A stretch of 64,000 bases of DNA from Azolla caroliniana (taxonomy: Eukaryota; Plantae; Polypodiophyta). The notes beneath the pieces were generated by a model. It saw nothing but the letters and a program-made list of their open reading frames with translations. It had not been told where the DNA came from and did no database searches. The translations under genes and the position numbers were made by a program. Shown in pieces: positions 34,605 through 46,694 of this stretch. The DNA lies in assembly GCA_043228905.1 (NCBI GenBank), contig JBHGNT010000002.1, forward strand, positions 6,882,001 through 6,946,000, read 5' to 3'. Each line of letters starts with the position of its first letter. Positions within the stretch are counted from its first letter, which is position 1.

Positions 34605-37600
34605 TCACTTCGGCATGGGATGTCTCTCCAATCCGATCCTCTTCCGGCATGCTTCCAGCTTGTCGGGTGTGAGCACTTTGGTCAGCATATCTGAGCCGTT
34701 TTCGTCCGTGTGGATCTTCGTCAGCACGAACTCCTGGTCTTCTATCCTTTCCCGGATCCAGTGATATCTTCGCTGGATGTGCTTCGTCCGGGAGTGATAG
34801 GCCGCGTTCTTCGCAAGGTGGATGGCACTCTGACTGTCGCAGTAGAGTCGGTACTCCTCCTGTCGGATACCGAGCTCTCTAATGAAGTCCTTCATCCATA
34901 TTATTTCCTTTCCGGCTTCAACAGCCGCCATGTACTCCGCCTCCGTGGTTGACAACGCAACCGTCTTCTGCAGCCTCGACTGCCAGGAAACAGCTCCCCC
35001 TGCATACGTCATCACATACCCTGATGTGGACCGGCTGGTATCTGCATCAGCCGACATATCCGAATCGGTGAAGCCGTCGAGTTCGGGCTTACCGGATCCG
35101 AATCGGAGGCACACGTTTGCCGTGCCCTTCAGGTATCGGAGTATCCACTTGGCCGCGTTCCAATGCTCTTTGCCGGGATTGCTCATGTACCGGCTCACCA
35201 CTCCGACTGCATATCCTATGTCCGGTCGGGTACACACCATTGCGTACATCAAGCTCCCGACGGCAGAGGCATATGGTACTTTCATCATGTCCTCCTTCTC
35301 AGCCTTTGTCTTGGGGCTTTGCTTGCTGGACAGCTTGCAGTTTGTCGGGAGTGTTGACCCGACTGGTCTTGCTTCCGACATGTTGAACCGGTGAAGCACC
35401 TTTGTCACATACTTCTCCTGTGACAGCCACAACTGCTTCTTCTTCCGGTCTCGGATGATGTGCATCCCTAGTATTTGCCTCGCCGGACCCAGGTCCTTCA
35501 TTGAGAAGGTTCGGTGAAGTGCTTTCTTCAGCATCCGTATCTTGCCCTGGTCCCGTCCGACGATCAACATGTCGTCCACGTACAGGAGGAGTATTAGAGA
35601 GTCTCCCCCTTCGAACTTCTTCACAAACACGCAGTGATCGGACTGCGTTTTGTGGTACCCTTCGTCGGTCATGAAAGAGTCGAACTTCCGGTACCATTGC
35701 CGGGGAGCCTGCTTCAGTCCGTAAAGGCTCTTCTTCAACCGGCATACCAGGTGCTCCTTCCCTTTCTTCTCGAATCCTTCCGGTTGCTGCATGTAGATCT
35801 CTTCTTCGAGGTCACCGTGAAGGAATGCCGTCTTCACGTCCATCTGTTCTACCTCGAGGTCCATGCTTGCCGCTATGCTCATCACCGTTCGGATGGAGGT
35901 CATCTTCACTACCGGGGCAAATATCTCGTCGAAGTCGACGCCCTTCTTCTGCTGAAACCCCTTTACCACGATCCTGGCTTTGTATCTCGGGGGGTTTCCG
36001 GCATCTCCCGGTTTCAGCTTGAACACCCACTTGTTTCGTAGTGCCCGCTTTCCTTTCGGCAACACCACAAGTTCATATGTGTGGTTCTCATGCAGGGAAT
36101 CCATCTCGTCCTGCATGGCACTCAACCACCTGCGGCTCTGGGTGTCATGCTTTGCTTCTTCAAAGCTCTCCGGCTCCCCCTCGTCGGTTAGCAGCACGTG
36201 CTCTGGTTCCGGAAATCTCCGGGGGGCCCTTCTCTCTCTTAGAGGATATCTCCGTTCCGGAGCTTCGGTAACCGGTTCTTCCGATTCTTCTTCATCCGAA
36301 TCCATTTCGGGATCGGGGCCGGTTCCGGTATCATTTTCATCTTCTTCGGCCGGTTCTGTTTCTTCACCGTCTTCGGCCGGATCCTCGAGTGCTAACCGGT
36401 CCCTTGCCGGTCGGGACTGCTCCTCGTAGAGTTGATTCTCACCGGTCGACTTGGAGCTCTTCATCTTCTTCTCCGACTCCCAGTCGGCGAGTGTCTTGTC
36501 CTCCATGAAGATGATATCACGACTCCTGAATATCTTCTTGTCGACCGGGTCCCATACTCGGTAGCCGAACTCGTCGTCGCCGTAACCGAGGAATATGCAT
36601 GGACGGGTCTTTGGATCTAGCTTTCCTCTCCGGTCCTTTGCCACATGCACATATGCGAGACACCCGAACACCTTCAAATGCCGGTAGGACACTTCCTTAC
36701 CGGTCCACACTTTTTGCGGCGTGTCTCCGTCCAAAGGTACTGAGGGTGATCTGTTTATCACGTATGTCGCCGTCGACATTGCCTCAGCCCAGAACCCCTT
36801 GGGTAATTTCGCATGCGCCAGCATACTCCGGACCCTCTCCATTATGGTCCGGTTCATCCTCTCGGCTAGCCCGTTCAGTTCCGGCGTCTTCAGCACAGTA
36901 AACTCGAGTCGGATTCCCTTCGAGCGACAGTACTCCTGGAACTGCCCCCGGTATTCCCCTCCGTTATCCGCTCGTATCGCTTTCAGCTTCTTGCCGGATT
37001 CCCTTTCCACTCTCGCGTGGAGTTCTTTGAAGACGCCCAACACTTGGTCCTTTGTCTTCAACGGTGCCGTCCACAGCTTCCGGCTGTGATCATCAATGAA
37101 TGTCACGAAGTACTGGGCTCCGCCATGTGACTTCGTTTCTACTTGACACACGTCAGTGTGCACCAGCTCCAATGGTGCACTACGTCTCGTCGGTGGCCTT
37201 GAGTGGAAGGAGGTCCGGTTTTGCTTACCGGCCAGGCAGTCGGTGCACTTCTCCAGGTGCACATGCTTCACTGGAATAAGGTTGTCTTCTGCAAGCCTCT
37301 TCATCCCCTTCTCACTCATGTGGCACAGTCTCTTGTGCCACAGCTCACCGGCAGTGTTGGCTGCCACGTTCAGCTCCTCCGGACATAGCCGGGAATTCAT
37401 CAGGTACAGTGTGTTGACCTTCCGGGCCCGAGCCACTATCAAGCTCCCCTTGCTGAACTTCATTACGCCGTTCCGGATGCTACCTGTGTAGCCTTCATCG
37501 TCTAGCCTCCCGGCCGAAATCAGGTTCAATCGAACCTCCGGAACGTGTCGGACATCCTTCAGCAGCATTTTGCATCCGGTTGATGTCATCAGCCACACGT

Positions 37601-38678
37601 CTCCTATGCCGGCAATCCGGCACGTACCTTCATTTCCCATCCGGACACAGCCATGCTCACCGGCTGTGTAGGATGAGAAGTATCTCCTCTCCGGGGTCAG
37701 GTGGAACGATGCTCCGGAATCGACCACCCAGGTCGTCTCATCGCCGGCAACGTTTAGTTCACCTTCTTCGGTGATGAGCATGATTTCTTCCTCACTTGCC
37801 GCGAGTGCCGTTGTTCCTTTCCGGTCCTGCCCTCGCCGATCCGAACCTCTCCGGTCCGTGGCTCCCCGGTATGCACCGTTTCTCTCCGGTGACTTCTTCG
37901 AATCGGTGTCGACGGCTCCGTTGTCTTTTCGGTAATGCCGACAATTCTTTCGGAAGTGCCCCGGCTTCCCACAGTGGAAGCATGTGGGTCTTCCTCTTGA
38001 CTGCGACCGGGTCCCCGACTTCTCCCGTCTTTGCGGACTCCGGTTCCATTGTCTTCCCCGTTCCGATTCGGTAAGCAGCGCCTTCGAGTCGGAGGCCGGT
38101 TCTTTATCTCTCCGACGCGCTTCTTCGTTCAAAATACTTGTCTTTACCGTTTGTAGGGACAAGTTATCTTCGGTGCAGGAGGTGCTGAGGGTCACCACCA
38201 AGTTCTCCCAGCTTTCCGGCAATGTACACATCAGGATGATGGCTTGCATTGCATCCTCCAACGGGAACTTGATCGCCGCAAGCTGGTTCACGAATCCCAT
38301 GAACGTGCTTACGTGTTCCACCATACTCTCGCCATCCCGGTACTTGAGGTTCACTATCTTCCTCATCAGGGAGGTCCGGTTCAACGCATTCTTCCTCTCG
38401 TAGAGGCCCGACAGCTTCCGCCACATCTCATATGCGTTGGTGTCGTTCGCCACATGTTGTAGAACGCTCACGTCGACGTATTGCCGAATGGTTGCAACGG
38501 CTTTCCGGTTCAGAAGCCTCCATTCCGTCTCAAGTACCCCCTTGGGTATTTCCGACCTGTCGATCGGTTCATACAGATCCCGAACAATGAGCAGGTCCTC
38601 CATCTTTATCTTCCAGTCGGCGTAGTTCTGCGCATTCAGCACCATCATCCCCGGCTGCCCGCTGCCGCCGCCTTCCAT
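34605..38678 (-). CDS. gag-pol: Copia gag-pol polyprotein, 1357 aa (GAG, CCHC, PR, INT, RT, RH)
   Basis: Uninterrupted ORF from the first ATG after the PBS (MEGGGSG); CFHCGKPGHFRKNC, WVVDSGAS, HKRLCH..CTDC, RADNGGEY, YVDD, FTDSD, DMLTK. Confidence 0.97.
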   Translation of the reverse strand: MEGGGSGQPGMMVLNAQNYADWKIKMEDLLIVRDLYEPIDRSEIPKGVLETEWRLLNRKAVATIRQYVDVSVLQHVANDTNAYEMWRKLSGLYERKNALNRTSLMRKIVNLKYRDGESMVEHVSTFMGFVNQLAAIKFPLEDAMQAIILMCTLPESWENLVVTLSTSCTEDNLSLQTVKTSILNEEARRRDKEPASDSKALLTESERGRQWNRSPQRREKSGTRSQSRGRPTCFHCGKPGHFRKNCRHYRKDNGAVDTDSKKSPERNGAYRGATDRRGSDRRGQDRKGTTALAASEEEIMLITEEGELNVAGDETTWVVDSGASFHLTPERRYFSSYTAGEHGCVRMGNEGTCRIAGIGDVWLMTSTGCKMLLKDVRHVPEVRLNLISAGRLDDEGYTGSIRNGVMKFSKGSLIVARARKVNTLYLMNSRLCPEELNVAANTAGELWHKRLCHMSEKGMKRLAEDNLIPVKHVHLEKCTDCLAGKQNRTSFHSRPPTRRSAPLELVHTDVCQVETKSHGGAQYFVTFIDDHSRKLWTAPLKTKDQVLGVFKELHARVERESGKKLKAIRADNGGEYRGQFQEYCRSKGIRLEFTVLKTPELNGLAERMNRTIMERVRSMLAHAKLPKGFWAEAMSTATYVINRSPSVPLDGDTPQKVWTGKEVSYRHLKVFGCLAYVHVAKDRRGKLDPKTRPCIFLGYGDDEFGYRVWDPVDKKIFRSRDIIFMEDKTLADWESEKKMKSSKSTGENQLYEEQSRPARDRLALEDPAEDGEETEPAEEDENDTGTGPDPEMDSDEEESEEPVTEAPERRYPLRERRAPRRFPEPEHVLLTDEGEPESFEEAKHDTQSRRWLSAMQDEMDSLHENHTYELVVLPKGKRALRNKWVFKLKPGDAGNPPRYKARIVVKGFQQKKGVDFDEIFAPVVKMTSIRTVMSIAASMDLEVEQMDVKTAFLHGDLEEEIYMQQPEGFEKKGKEHLVCRLKKSLYGLKQAPRQWYRKFDSFMTDEGYHKTQSDHCVFVKKFEGGDSLILLLYVDDMLIVGRDQGKIRMLKKALHRTFSMKDLGPARQILGMHIIRDRKKKQLWLSQEKYVTKVLHRFNMSEARPVGSTLPTNCKLSSKQSPKTKAEKEDMMKVPYASAVGSLMYAMVCTRPDIGYAVGVVSRYMSNPGKEHWNAAKWILRYLKGTANVCLRFGSGKPELDGFTDSDMSADADTSRSTSGYVMTYAGGAVSWQSRLQKTVALSTTEAEYMAAVEAGKEIIWMKDFIRELGIRQEEYRLYCDSQSAIHLAKNAAYHSRTKHIQRRYHWIRERIEDQEFVLTKIHTDENGSDMLTKVLTPDKLEACRKRIGLERHPMPK

Positions 38679-39783
38679 TTTCTGTGTTACCGTCGCTCTG
38701 ATACCACTTGTTGAAAAACAGCGCTCGGCCACAACCTAGGAATAGGATCAACTCACAGAAAATAGGAAATACAAAGTACACGAAGACTTTCGAGAGAAGA
38801 GTACACAGGATATTTTACGTGGAAAACCCTAAATGGGAAAAACCACGGGAGTCCTCAAACTCCAACTATCACTATGAACAGAGATGTACAATGGTGAAGC
38901 TTCAAGGCAACAACCTTGAGCTCACTGTCTTCGCCACAGGCGGCGGTAATACACAGAGGCGACGACCTCCTCGTTTCTCTCTCTCTCTCTCTCTCGGCTG
39001 CTCTCACTTCGCTCCCTCTAAGTGGAAAGCAGAAAATGAGCAACAACCTTGAAAACTGTTTGCCCTAAGTCATATTTATACACATATGACTTTCGGGCTA
39101 TTTACAAATATAGCCTCAAGGGCCCTTGGCAAACATATTCACAAATATGTCCCCGCATCCGGATCTCTCTCCGGGTACATTCATCATCCGGCTCCGTAGC
39201 CGGGTCTTCGTCATCCGGCTCCGTAACCGGGGTCTTCATCATCCGGCTCCGTAGCCGGGTCTTCGTCATCCGGCTCCGTAACCGGGGTCTTCATCATCCG
39301 GCTCCGTAGCCGGGTCTTCGTCATCTGGCTCCGTAACCGGGGTCTTCATCATCCGGCTCCGTAGCCGGGTCTTCGTCATCCGGCTCCGTAACCGGGGTCT
39401 TCATCATCCGGCTCCGTAGTCGGGTCTTCGTCATCCGGCTCCGTAACCGGGGTCTTCATCATCCGGCTCCGTAGCCGGGTCTTCGTCATCCGGCTCCGTA
39501 ACCGGGGTCTTCGTCATCCGGACATCCCATCCGGAGGGACCGAAATCCCAACAAAATAACATGGCAAAATCTTCGGGTGCTCTTCCATGTAACGGTTGAC
39601 TTATTCGTCAGCTAACCCATCCAGCATGTTGATGCTCTCCGCATATAGGGGGGTTACTTCCTTACTGGATCCTACTTGTGGCTGTGTCGGTATGCGTACT
39701 TTGGTCTTTCCTCGTCGAAAGGTGATTACATTCTTTTGCCAGTTTTGTTTTATGTGTGCCATCCGCAGCCATGGTCTTCCTAG

Positions 39784-40017
39784 TGATAGGAATATGCGGA
39801 ATATTGCTCGGCCACAATCGAGTCTTAGAATCAACCACAGAAAGATGGGAATAGGAAGAAATGCACGTATACACACAAACTAAACGGGAAAAACCACAGG
39901 AGCCCACTAGCTCCAAACTATCAGTATGTCTAGAAGAATACAATAGGAGGAGCATAGAGGCAACAACCTCGTGCACTCAACCTTCACCAGCAAGCAGTTA
40001 CAACAGAGACTATTCCG

Positions 40018-40071
<54 letters not shown>

Positions 40072-40372
40072 CTGTTACACTTTGTACAATAGTTACACCA
40101 ATAACTCTATACAAAATAATGACAACACAAAAAAAAAAATCCACATTGTTTGCCCTAGGTCATATTTATACTAATATGACATTAGGACTATTTATAGATA
40201 TAGCCCCAATGGGCTCTCAGAAACATATTTCCATATATGTCCCTTCATCCGGTGAGAGGTTCTCACCGGGTCTTCCTTACCGGGTACTCCTCATCCGGTT
40301 CTCACCAAGTCTACATCATCTGGTTCTCACTAGGCCTTTATCATCCCATCCGGAGGGACCAAGTTCCTAACA
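39784..40372 (-). repeat. Solo LTR (Tnt1-like copia family) inside element C
   Basis: TGATAGG...CCTAACA with perfect TSD CCTAG. Confidence 0.92.
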
Positions 40373-42845
40373 CCTAGCAACAAGGGATAGGCCCCTTGCA
40401 CATTAAGTTGTAATACTACTGTCGATATTCGGAATGCTTATCCTCCGATTGTGATGTCTAAGTCCTGGATGAGTCCGGTTGGTCGAACCGAACTTGTATC
40501 TGCCATTCTTCGCCAAAATGGACACGGTTCCCAATCTCGGATTCCCAAGGTGTCACATGTCCCTTTGTTGATGACGTTCACCCCTGAACCACCATCAATA
40601 ATGGTTTGGGTGATCTCTTTGCCTTTAACAATCACTGTGATGGCCGGGCTGCCTGTGTCCACCACTACCGGTCCTTCCTCCGGATTGGAGAAGAATGTCG
40701 GTGCCGGCTCTTGATTTGGTGTGGTGAACGTTGTTTTGAGCCCTTCGGTGAACTGGGGGACTAATTGTAGCAGGCGCCCCAATGGTAACACGATCTGGAA
40801 TTCTTGTAATGCTTGCCAAGTTGGGTCCTTGTCGGTACTCTTTACGGGCTCCTCTAGTTGTAAGTTTTGCTCCTGTATCTCGGCCACATTACGTTCATTG
40901 GCATTCTGGATCCATTCAGTGGCTTGCTTCCGGATATGCTCCTGAGTTTCCCACTCGGCCGCTTTTTCTTTAGACCGGGTAGTGACTTGCTCGACGTCAG
41001 TAACTTCAGCGGTGACCATGTTTACCGCCGGTTGTTTTTCGTTAGCCTTGACCGGACATTGGTTGCTATAATGCCCATCCTTCCGGTAATAATAGCAATA
41101 TGCCTTTCCGTTGCTACCTCACTCCCTCTTGTCCATGTTCCTGTTCGGTGCATCAGAGTTTATCCGGCGGTTGTCCTCCATTTGTCGTTGCTTCGGTGTT
41201 GTCACAGCGGTGTTTGTGCTTCCTGGATTGTACTCTCTGGTTGCTTCCCGGCGCTCTTCCCTGTGAAAATACCCTCGTTTTTTGTTGCGTCGGAAATTCT
41301 GGTTTCCTTGTCATTCTGGATAGTGTCCATCATCCCTTCTCCAGTCTTAATCCGGGAGTAGTCCCGTTCATACTGATCTCGGTTGTAGCCTTCCTTGCGT
41401 CGGTCGTCGTGATCACGCTCATAGTCGTCGCGTCTTCTATCATTGTACCGATCCCCACGTTCTGGTCGGTATCGGTCCTCCGTTCGGAACCATTCGTCGT
41501 CCGGTTCGTGACTGCTATGTGGTTCAATGTTCCGCACCAGTGTCGCTTGTCGGTTGAGTAGGTTGTACTCACATCAGTCTGTTGTGTGTGCCCGTGAATG
41601 GCATATCATACACTGTGTCCTCATTGTGCAGACCACTGTCAAATGGCCCGGGTTTAGACACATTGTGCATTGCAACGCCTGGTGAATCCTGAGATCCTCC
41701 TTATTTGGAAGGTCCCTATGAAGGGCTCCCATCGTCATCAGGGAGTTATGTTTATCCATTTCCAGCACCCGATCGATGACTTGATCCATTGTGTTGGCCT
41801 GGAAATCTAGTACCACGCACATCATTCGGAGGGGTTCCCGTAGATCGGCCAGAAACACCGCTTTCGCCTCTTCCTCCGGAGCTACGCTTGTCAACTGGCT
41901 ATGTAGTGTTTGAAATCGAATGATAAATTGGGGCACTGTCTCCTGCTCCTCTTCGTGGGTTGTGTAAAACTGACCGACTAGTTCGCGTTGTTCCACTTCC
42001 CTATGGAATAGTCGGAGGAATTTTATTTTCAAGGCCTCAATTGTGGCAAAGCTTCCGGGTAGGTGTTTTGCGTGCCAGCAGGCCGCCGGTCCCTCTAATG
42101 TCATGCCGAATTCGGCAATTTTTGACCGTTCGGCTTCGAGTTCGGTCAACCTTTGGGACACATGATTCGCTTCCCATGTTTGTAGAAACGCATAGATGTG
42201 TGCCTCCGCGTCAGGGTTATCACGGTACTTCGGATACGGGTACGACATGGTGTAGTCTTCGGAAGGTTGTACCAGAGATGTGCGGTCTAGTTCTTGCTCT
42301 ACGGATGGTGTTGGTGCGCAGTTTTCCGCTTTCTCTGCGGGTGGTGTTGGTGTACGTTTGGTCTTGTTTGGAGATTGCCGCTCTCTGGTTACCAAGGGTA
42401 ATTCTTCCGTTGGTTCTGGTGTCGATGAGCCGTCTGATTCGTTGTCCTCCGAATCGTCCGGAGTATCGTGGTTGCTTTTGTAATTCGACTGAATGCTTTG
42501 TTCACTATCCGATTCCGACTCTAAGGCTGAGAATGCCTCCAAGTCTCCGTTGCCTTCGGCAAGCGTCCGCAGTCTCGATTCTGCCTCTTGCAGACTCGTC
42601 AGGCTACTGCCCTCGTCGGAAAGTTGTTGTTTTTGGAACCGAAGTGCTTCCTCCGCAACCCTTCGAAGCACTCTGGGTAAAGACCAATCCTGTCGGATCG
42701 CCTCGCCCGCTTGCTGGAAGGCTTCCTGCCTTTCCTGTCTTCCGTCTAGTCTTCTTCCTCGTTCGGTGACTTGGTCGTTAGTCGGTCGAGACATCCATCC
42801 CCCAGTGTTCTTTGCTCACTGCAGGAATCGTGGTCGCCAAATTAG

Positions 42846-43218
42846 TGTTGATCTTTGGCCGGACTAGCCACAACACAAGGTGTCCTCTTCCGAAACACTT
42901 CTCCGAAGGGTGGTAAGGTGAGGATGCTTCTGTAATTAATATTAACCCCAGACGGCAAGTATACATGCATTAATTAATCGATATATGTAATCTTCTATTA
43001 CTTCCGTCAACATTACATCAGGTCGAATCCTTTTATAGGAATCCGGTGTCATTACAAAATGGTGCCCTATCGGCAACCGGCTACGAATCGGTTCGGATCC
43101 GAATCGATGCAACTATACCAGATCTGTCCCTCCGAATACTAATTCTATTTATTTCTAAATATATATATCTCCGACTCGCCCTTTTCCCACTTATCCTTTG
43201 GGCCTTAACCGACCAACA
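42846..43218 (-). repeat. 5' LTR of element C
   Basis: Inverted copy of 9354-9747; adjacent to the PBS; outer flank GAATG. Confidence 0.92.
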
Positions 43219-44861
43219 GAATGGTGGTTGAATGGGTCAAGAGACTATTGGCAAGCACACAAAAAACTCACAATTGCCCAAGGATGGCATTAGGAAAGTA
43301 ATCAATTATGGTTTCTCATGCATAATTGAGTACAACTCATCATTAAAAATCTAAGTGAAGGAAAACAAAAACAATGGCAAATATCTAATCACATTGACCT
43401 TCCCCCTCCATTTACGAAAATGAATGGCCACATCGACCATCCTCATTAAGGAAACAATCATAGGTTACAAACAATAGCCAACGAATCAACGAAATCCAGC
43501 AAGTCTTAAAACCTCTCGTCAAGAGTCAAGGGTGTTTTCATGGTAACACTGAGTATTGGTTCCTAAAATATGCATTAGTGGCAAGCCGAATGTGAACCTC
43601 TTCATCCTACAAAGTTCAGTCCACAATTAGCAACTTCAATAACACTTCATAAAATAGTTGCAAAATGGATGTCTCTAATGAACTATTGCTCAAGAACCCC
43701 AACCCAACAAACACCTAGTCCAAACACACCCACAAACATCCATTACATCCGATTAGGCCAACCCGTATCTCGTCTACCTCTTGCCCAACCCATATCCTTA
43801 TTCCCTCCTTCCACCTAATGCCCCATATCCAACCTAAGTGAGTCAAACTCATATACGACTATACCCATCAGTGTGCACTCATTAAGTCGGGAGAAGCCAT
43901 TTTCATACACCTAAATCTTGTTTAGAACCAAAGATATAAGTCTCGCACTAAGGGAAGGAACAAGGGAATAAGAAACAGAACAAAAGAATGAATGGACTTT
44001 GCACAATGTGAAAAGGCCCAAGGGCATTGTAAAAGTTTAAAATAAAGATTTTTATAAGTCTTTTAAGAGGTTTCTTAAATTTTAGTAAACTTGAGATAAA
44101 GCATAAGTCTCTCATAATATCTTAAATCTCTCATAAGCCAAAATTATGTAAAGACCCAACCTTAAGCCTTAATCCTTGGTCTTTGTGTTGGCAGTTATAG
44201 CCCTTGAAAAGTGTTCCTTATCCCTCACAAGTGTTTTGTCGTTTCCTTTCCTTCCTTTCATTGCTTATTGTGTTAATTTTATTAACACTTATATTCAAAC
44301 GACAATGCATATTACATCAAGTCTTCACCTCTTTAGAGCATTAAGTTTTAAGTTTTAAGTTCACTCACTTGTTCATTGACATTTTCCAGTAGGCTTAAGA
44401 ATGATTGACACCTACTCTTACATGTGTAGCTAACAATATAGTAAATGTTGTCCCAATCCAATAGACGAACTCTAAATCCCCTTGTAGCATTGCATAGGCT
44501 CTTTTCCTAATCTCTTCTCCTTTCAACTTGTGTGGATTTGACCCCATCTTATATGTAAACCCACAAGTTTTCATATGTTGCTAGTCTTGAAGGATCGGTG
44601 TGACCACTACACTGAATTCATAGCATTCTTGTTGCTCATGAAAGAGCACTTCTAAAAGCCATAACATTCTTGTTGCCCATGAAAGGGAAATTTTAAGGTC
44701 ACAGTATTCTTTTCATTCACAAGACAGTGAAGAGATGTATGTTTGGAGTGAAGGGATGTAAACATATTGTCACTTCATAGTTTATAAATGCCTCCATATA
44801 CTTGCATTAACTATGTGCTTGTACTTTTCAATCCAATAAATCTTGTCCACAAGGGAATAAC

Positions 44862-45536
44862 CATAGATTGACACATGCGTGATATTCGTGATATTCTCCA
44901 TGCGCAATATTCTCAATATTCGAGAATACGGAATGGCCCCAAGAATATTAAAAACCCATTCGTTTTGCAATATATATATATAAAATATTTATTTATTTAT
45001 TTAAATAAATTTATTTCACAAAAAAAAGAACAATTATTCATTAATAAATTATAGTGTCAAGAGAGTTTATGAAACTTGTTTTAATTAATCTATTTATTTA
45101 TTTATTTATTTTTTAAAAACGAATACTTATAACTTATAAGTTATACATTTATTATAAAAATTTAGTTATACTTACAAATATGATTAGTTTGAAGTACTAT
45201 TTTTAATGTCAAAATAAAAATATCCATAAATTTTGAGGGAATAAAAAGTGAGAAATTAATGAGCCTTTATTTTATTTTATTTATTTATTAAAAATAAAAT
45301 GAATACATACTTATAAGTTATACATTTATTATAAAATTTTAGTAGTGTCAAATCCCCAAGTCCCTCTTTTATTATCCCTATTTATTGTCAAGTTCTTTTT
45401 TTTTATCCTAGAAAATTAAAAAAGATAGAGTTTTTTTTTTAATTTTTAGTTAAACGAATACTTGACCACCCATTCGTATTCGTATTCGTTTGAATTTGAA
45501 TGGGAAACCCGACGAATGCGAATATGTCAATCTATG
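44862..45536. mobile_element. Non-autonomous hAT DNA transposon (MITE), 675 bp
   Basis: 12-bp perfect TIR CATAGATTGACA/TGTCAATCTATG; 8-bp TSD GGAATAAC (44854-44861, 45537-45544); subterminal TATTCG/CGAATA motifs; AT-rich interior. Confidence 0.92.
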
Positions 45537-45605
45537 GGAATAACCCTTCAAGAATCCTTTTGGCCATGTGTATATGCATCCCCTTTGCTTAAAGGTTCAC
45601 AATAG

Positions 45606-45889
45606 CTTTTCCTCACATAAATGAGGTAGGAGAATATGTGCAATAACTTTTCTACCAATTACATCCCTTAAGTCTCCCCCACTCCAATTAAATCCCTTAC
45701 ACCTCACGCACTTTTGAACCTCCTAGTATCTTTAGGGCTATATTAGAAGTTCACATTTCTTTTTCCTCGCATAAATGAGGTAGGAGAAAATATGTGCAAT
45801 CACTTTTCTACCAATTACATCCCTTTCGCCTCCCCCACTCCAATTAAATCCCTTACACCTCACCCCCTTTTGGACCTCCTAGTATCTTT
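45606..45889. repeat. Local tandem duplication (~155-bp period)
   Basis: TTTCCTCRCATAAATGAGGTAGGAGAA...CCTCCTAGTATCTTT occurs twice. Confidence 0.85.
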
Positions 45890-46592
45890 GGAGATACCTA
45901 CCCGAAAAAGAAAAGGCTTTACCCTACCATTCATTTTCTCACATGTGGAATTCTACTAAAAATTAGCAAGTCTTCAATGACAAAGATATGTGGCAACCTG
46001 CTTGTTTGCAGTTGTTTAGCATCAGGCATACCACTTTCAAATTTGTTGCGATCAACATGTTTGTGGTAGTTTTAGCAACATGGCAATTTATGAATAGCTT
46101 GGCACAGAACCCATCATAATATAATTTTGCACTCCATATGTGAGGCAAAAGGGAAAAAGATTGTCAGCGAAAAACAAAGACTTGAGGTTTCCACCGACAG
46201 TAACCAATACCTCCGCTAATTTGAACATCAATGTCCAAATAAACATTACCAAAAGATAGCATGTAAGAATTTTGGACATAGCAAAAGCTTAGTCAAGATT
46301 CCTCATTTGCAAAAACTATCATACTTTCGATGATCAAATATCAATGGCTAGTTAGCCTTCCCAATATGTCATGAATGATGACAAAAAAAGATCAAGGGTC
46401 CTTTGACCATAGGTAATGGTTAGTGAGAACAAAGATTCTGCGCACATAGAAACAGGGTTTTGAAGATTGATTACAAACACCTTTCAACATCAGGAGCATT
46501 AATGCTGGCAAATCCAAGACAAAGGACACATTTCTTGTCGAAATAATCATGTACTGCTGGGCGATCATGGTGTAGTAAATTGGACACTTTCA

Positions 46593-46694
46593 CTATTTCC
46601 CCTTTTTTAAGCCTTTTCGGCAAGCCTGGTGGCAGTGCTTTGCTACAGAAGAAATGCATTTCTTGTACTTGAATGATTGAGTTGGAGGATAAGC
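46593..46694 (-). CDS. Exon 6 with stop codon
   Basis: GTACAG|GCT...TAG. Confidence 0.8.
   Translation of the reverse strand, partial: AYPPTQSFKYKKCISSVAKHCHQACRKGLKKGK

Larger units (their letters stand above)
33749..39553 (-). mobile_element. Intact, recent Ty1/copia (Tnt1/Tork-like) element
   Basis: 845-bp LTRs 33749-34593 and 38709-39553 with ~5 differences by eye; TSD AAATA; PBS TGGTATCAGAGC (tRNA-iMet) 38695-38706; PPT at ~34594-34604; single open ORF. Confidence 0.98.
31233..43218 (-). mobile_element. Element C: non-chromovirus gypsy (Phygy/Athila/Tat-related) 5' LTR, gag, PR, RT, RH, INT; degenerate, carries nested insertions
   Basis: 5' LTR 42846-43218; PBS TGGCGACCACG (tRNA-Arg-like) at ~42829-42839; gag ORF 41574-42794; PR IIDGGSGVNV; RT VFLDDF; RH FVDASG; INT GLDFVGPF, YPQANGLAKS. 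Confidence 0.88.

Noticed and set aside
38679-38732. 18-aa N-terminal extension of the 1375-aa ORF
   Set aside because: Begins at a non-ATG codon inside the LTR and crosses the PBS
46471-46659. ORF MHFFCSKALPP... and ORF 47116-47469 as coding frames
   Set aside because: Splice phases select other frames, which give a coherent Cys-rich protein
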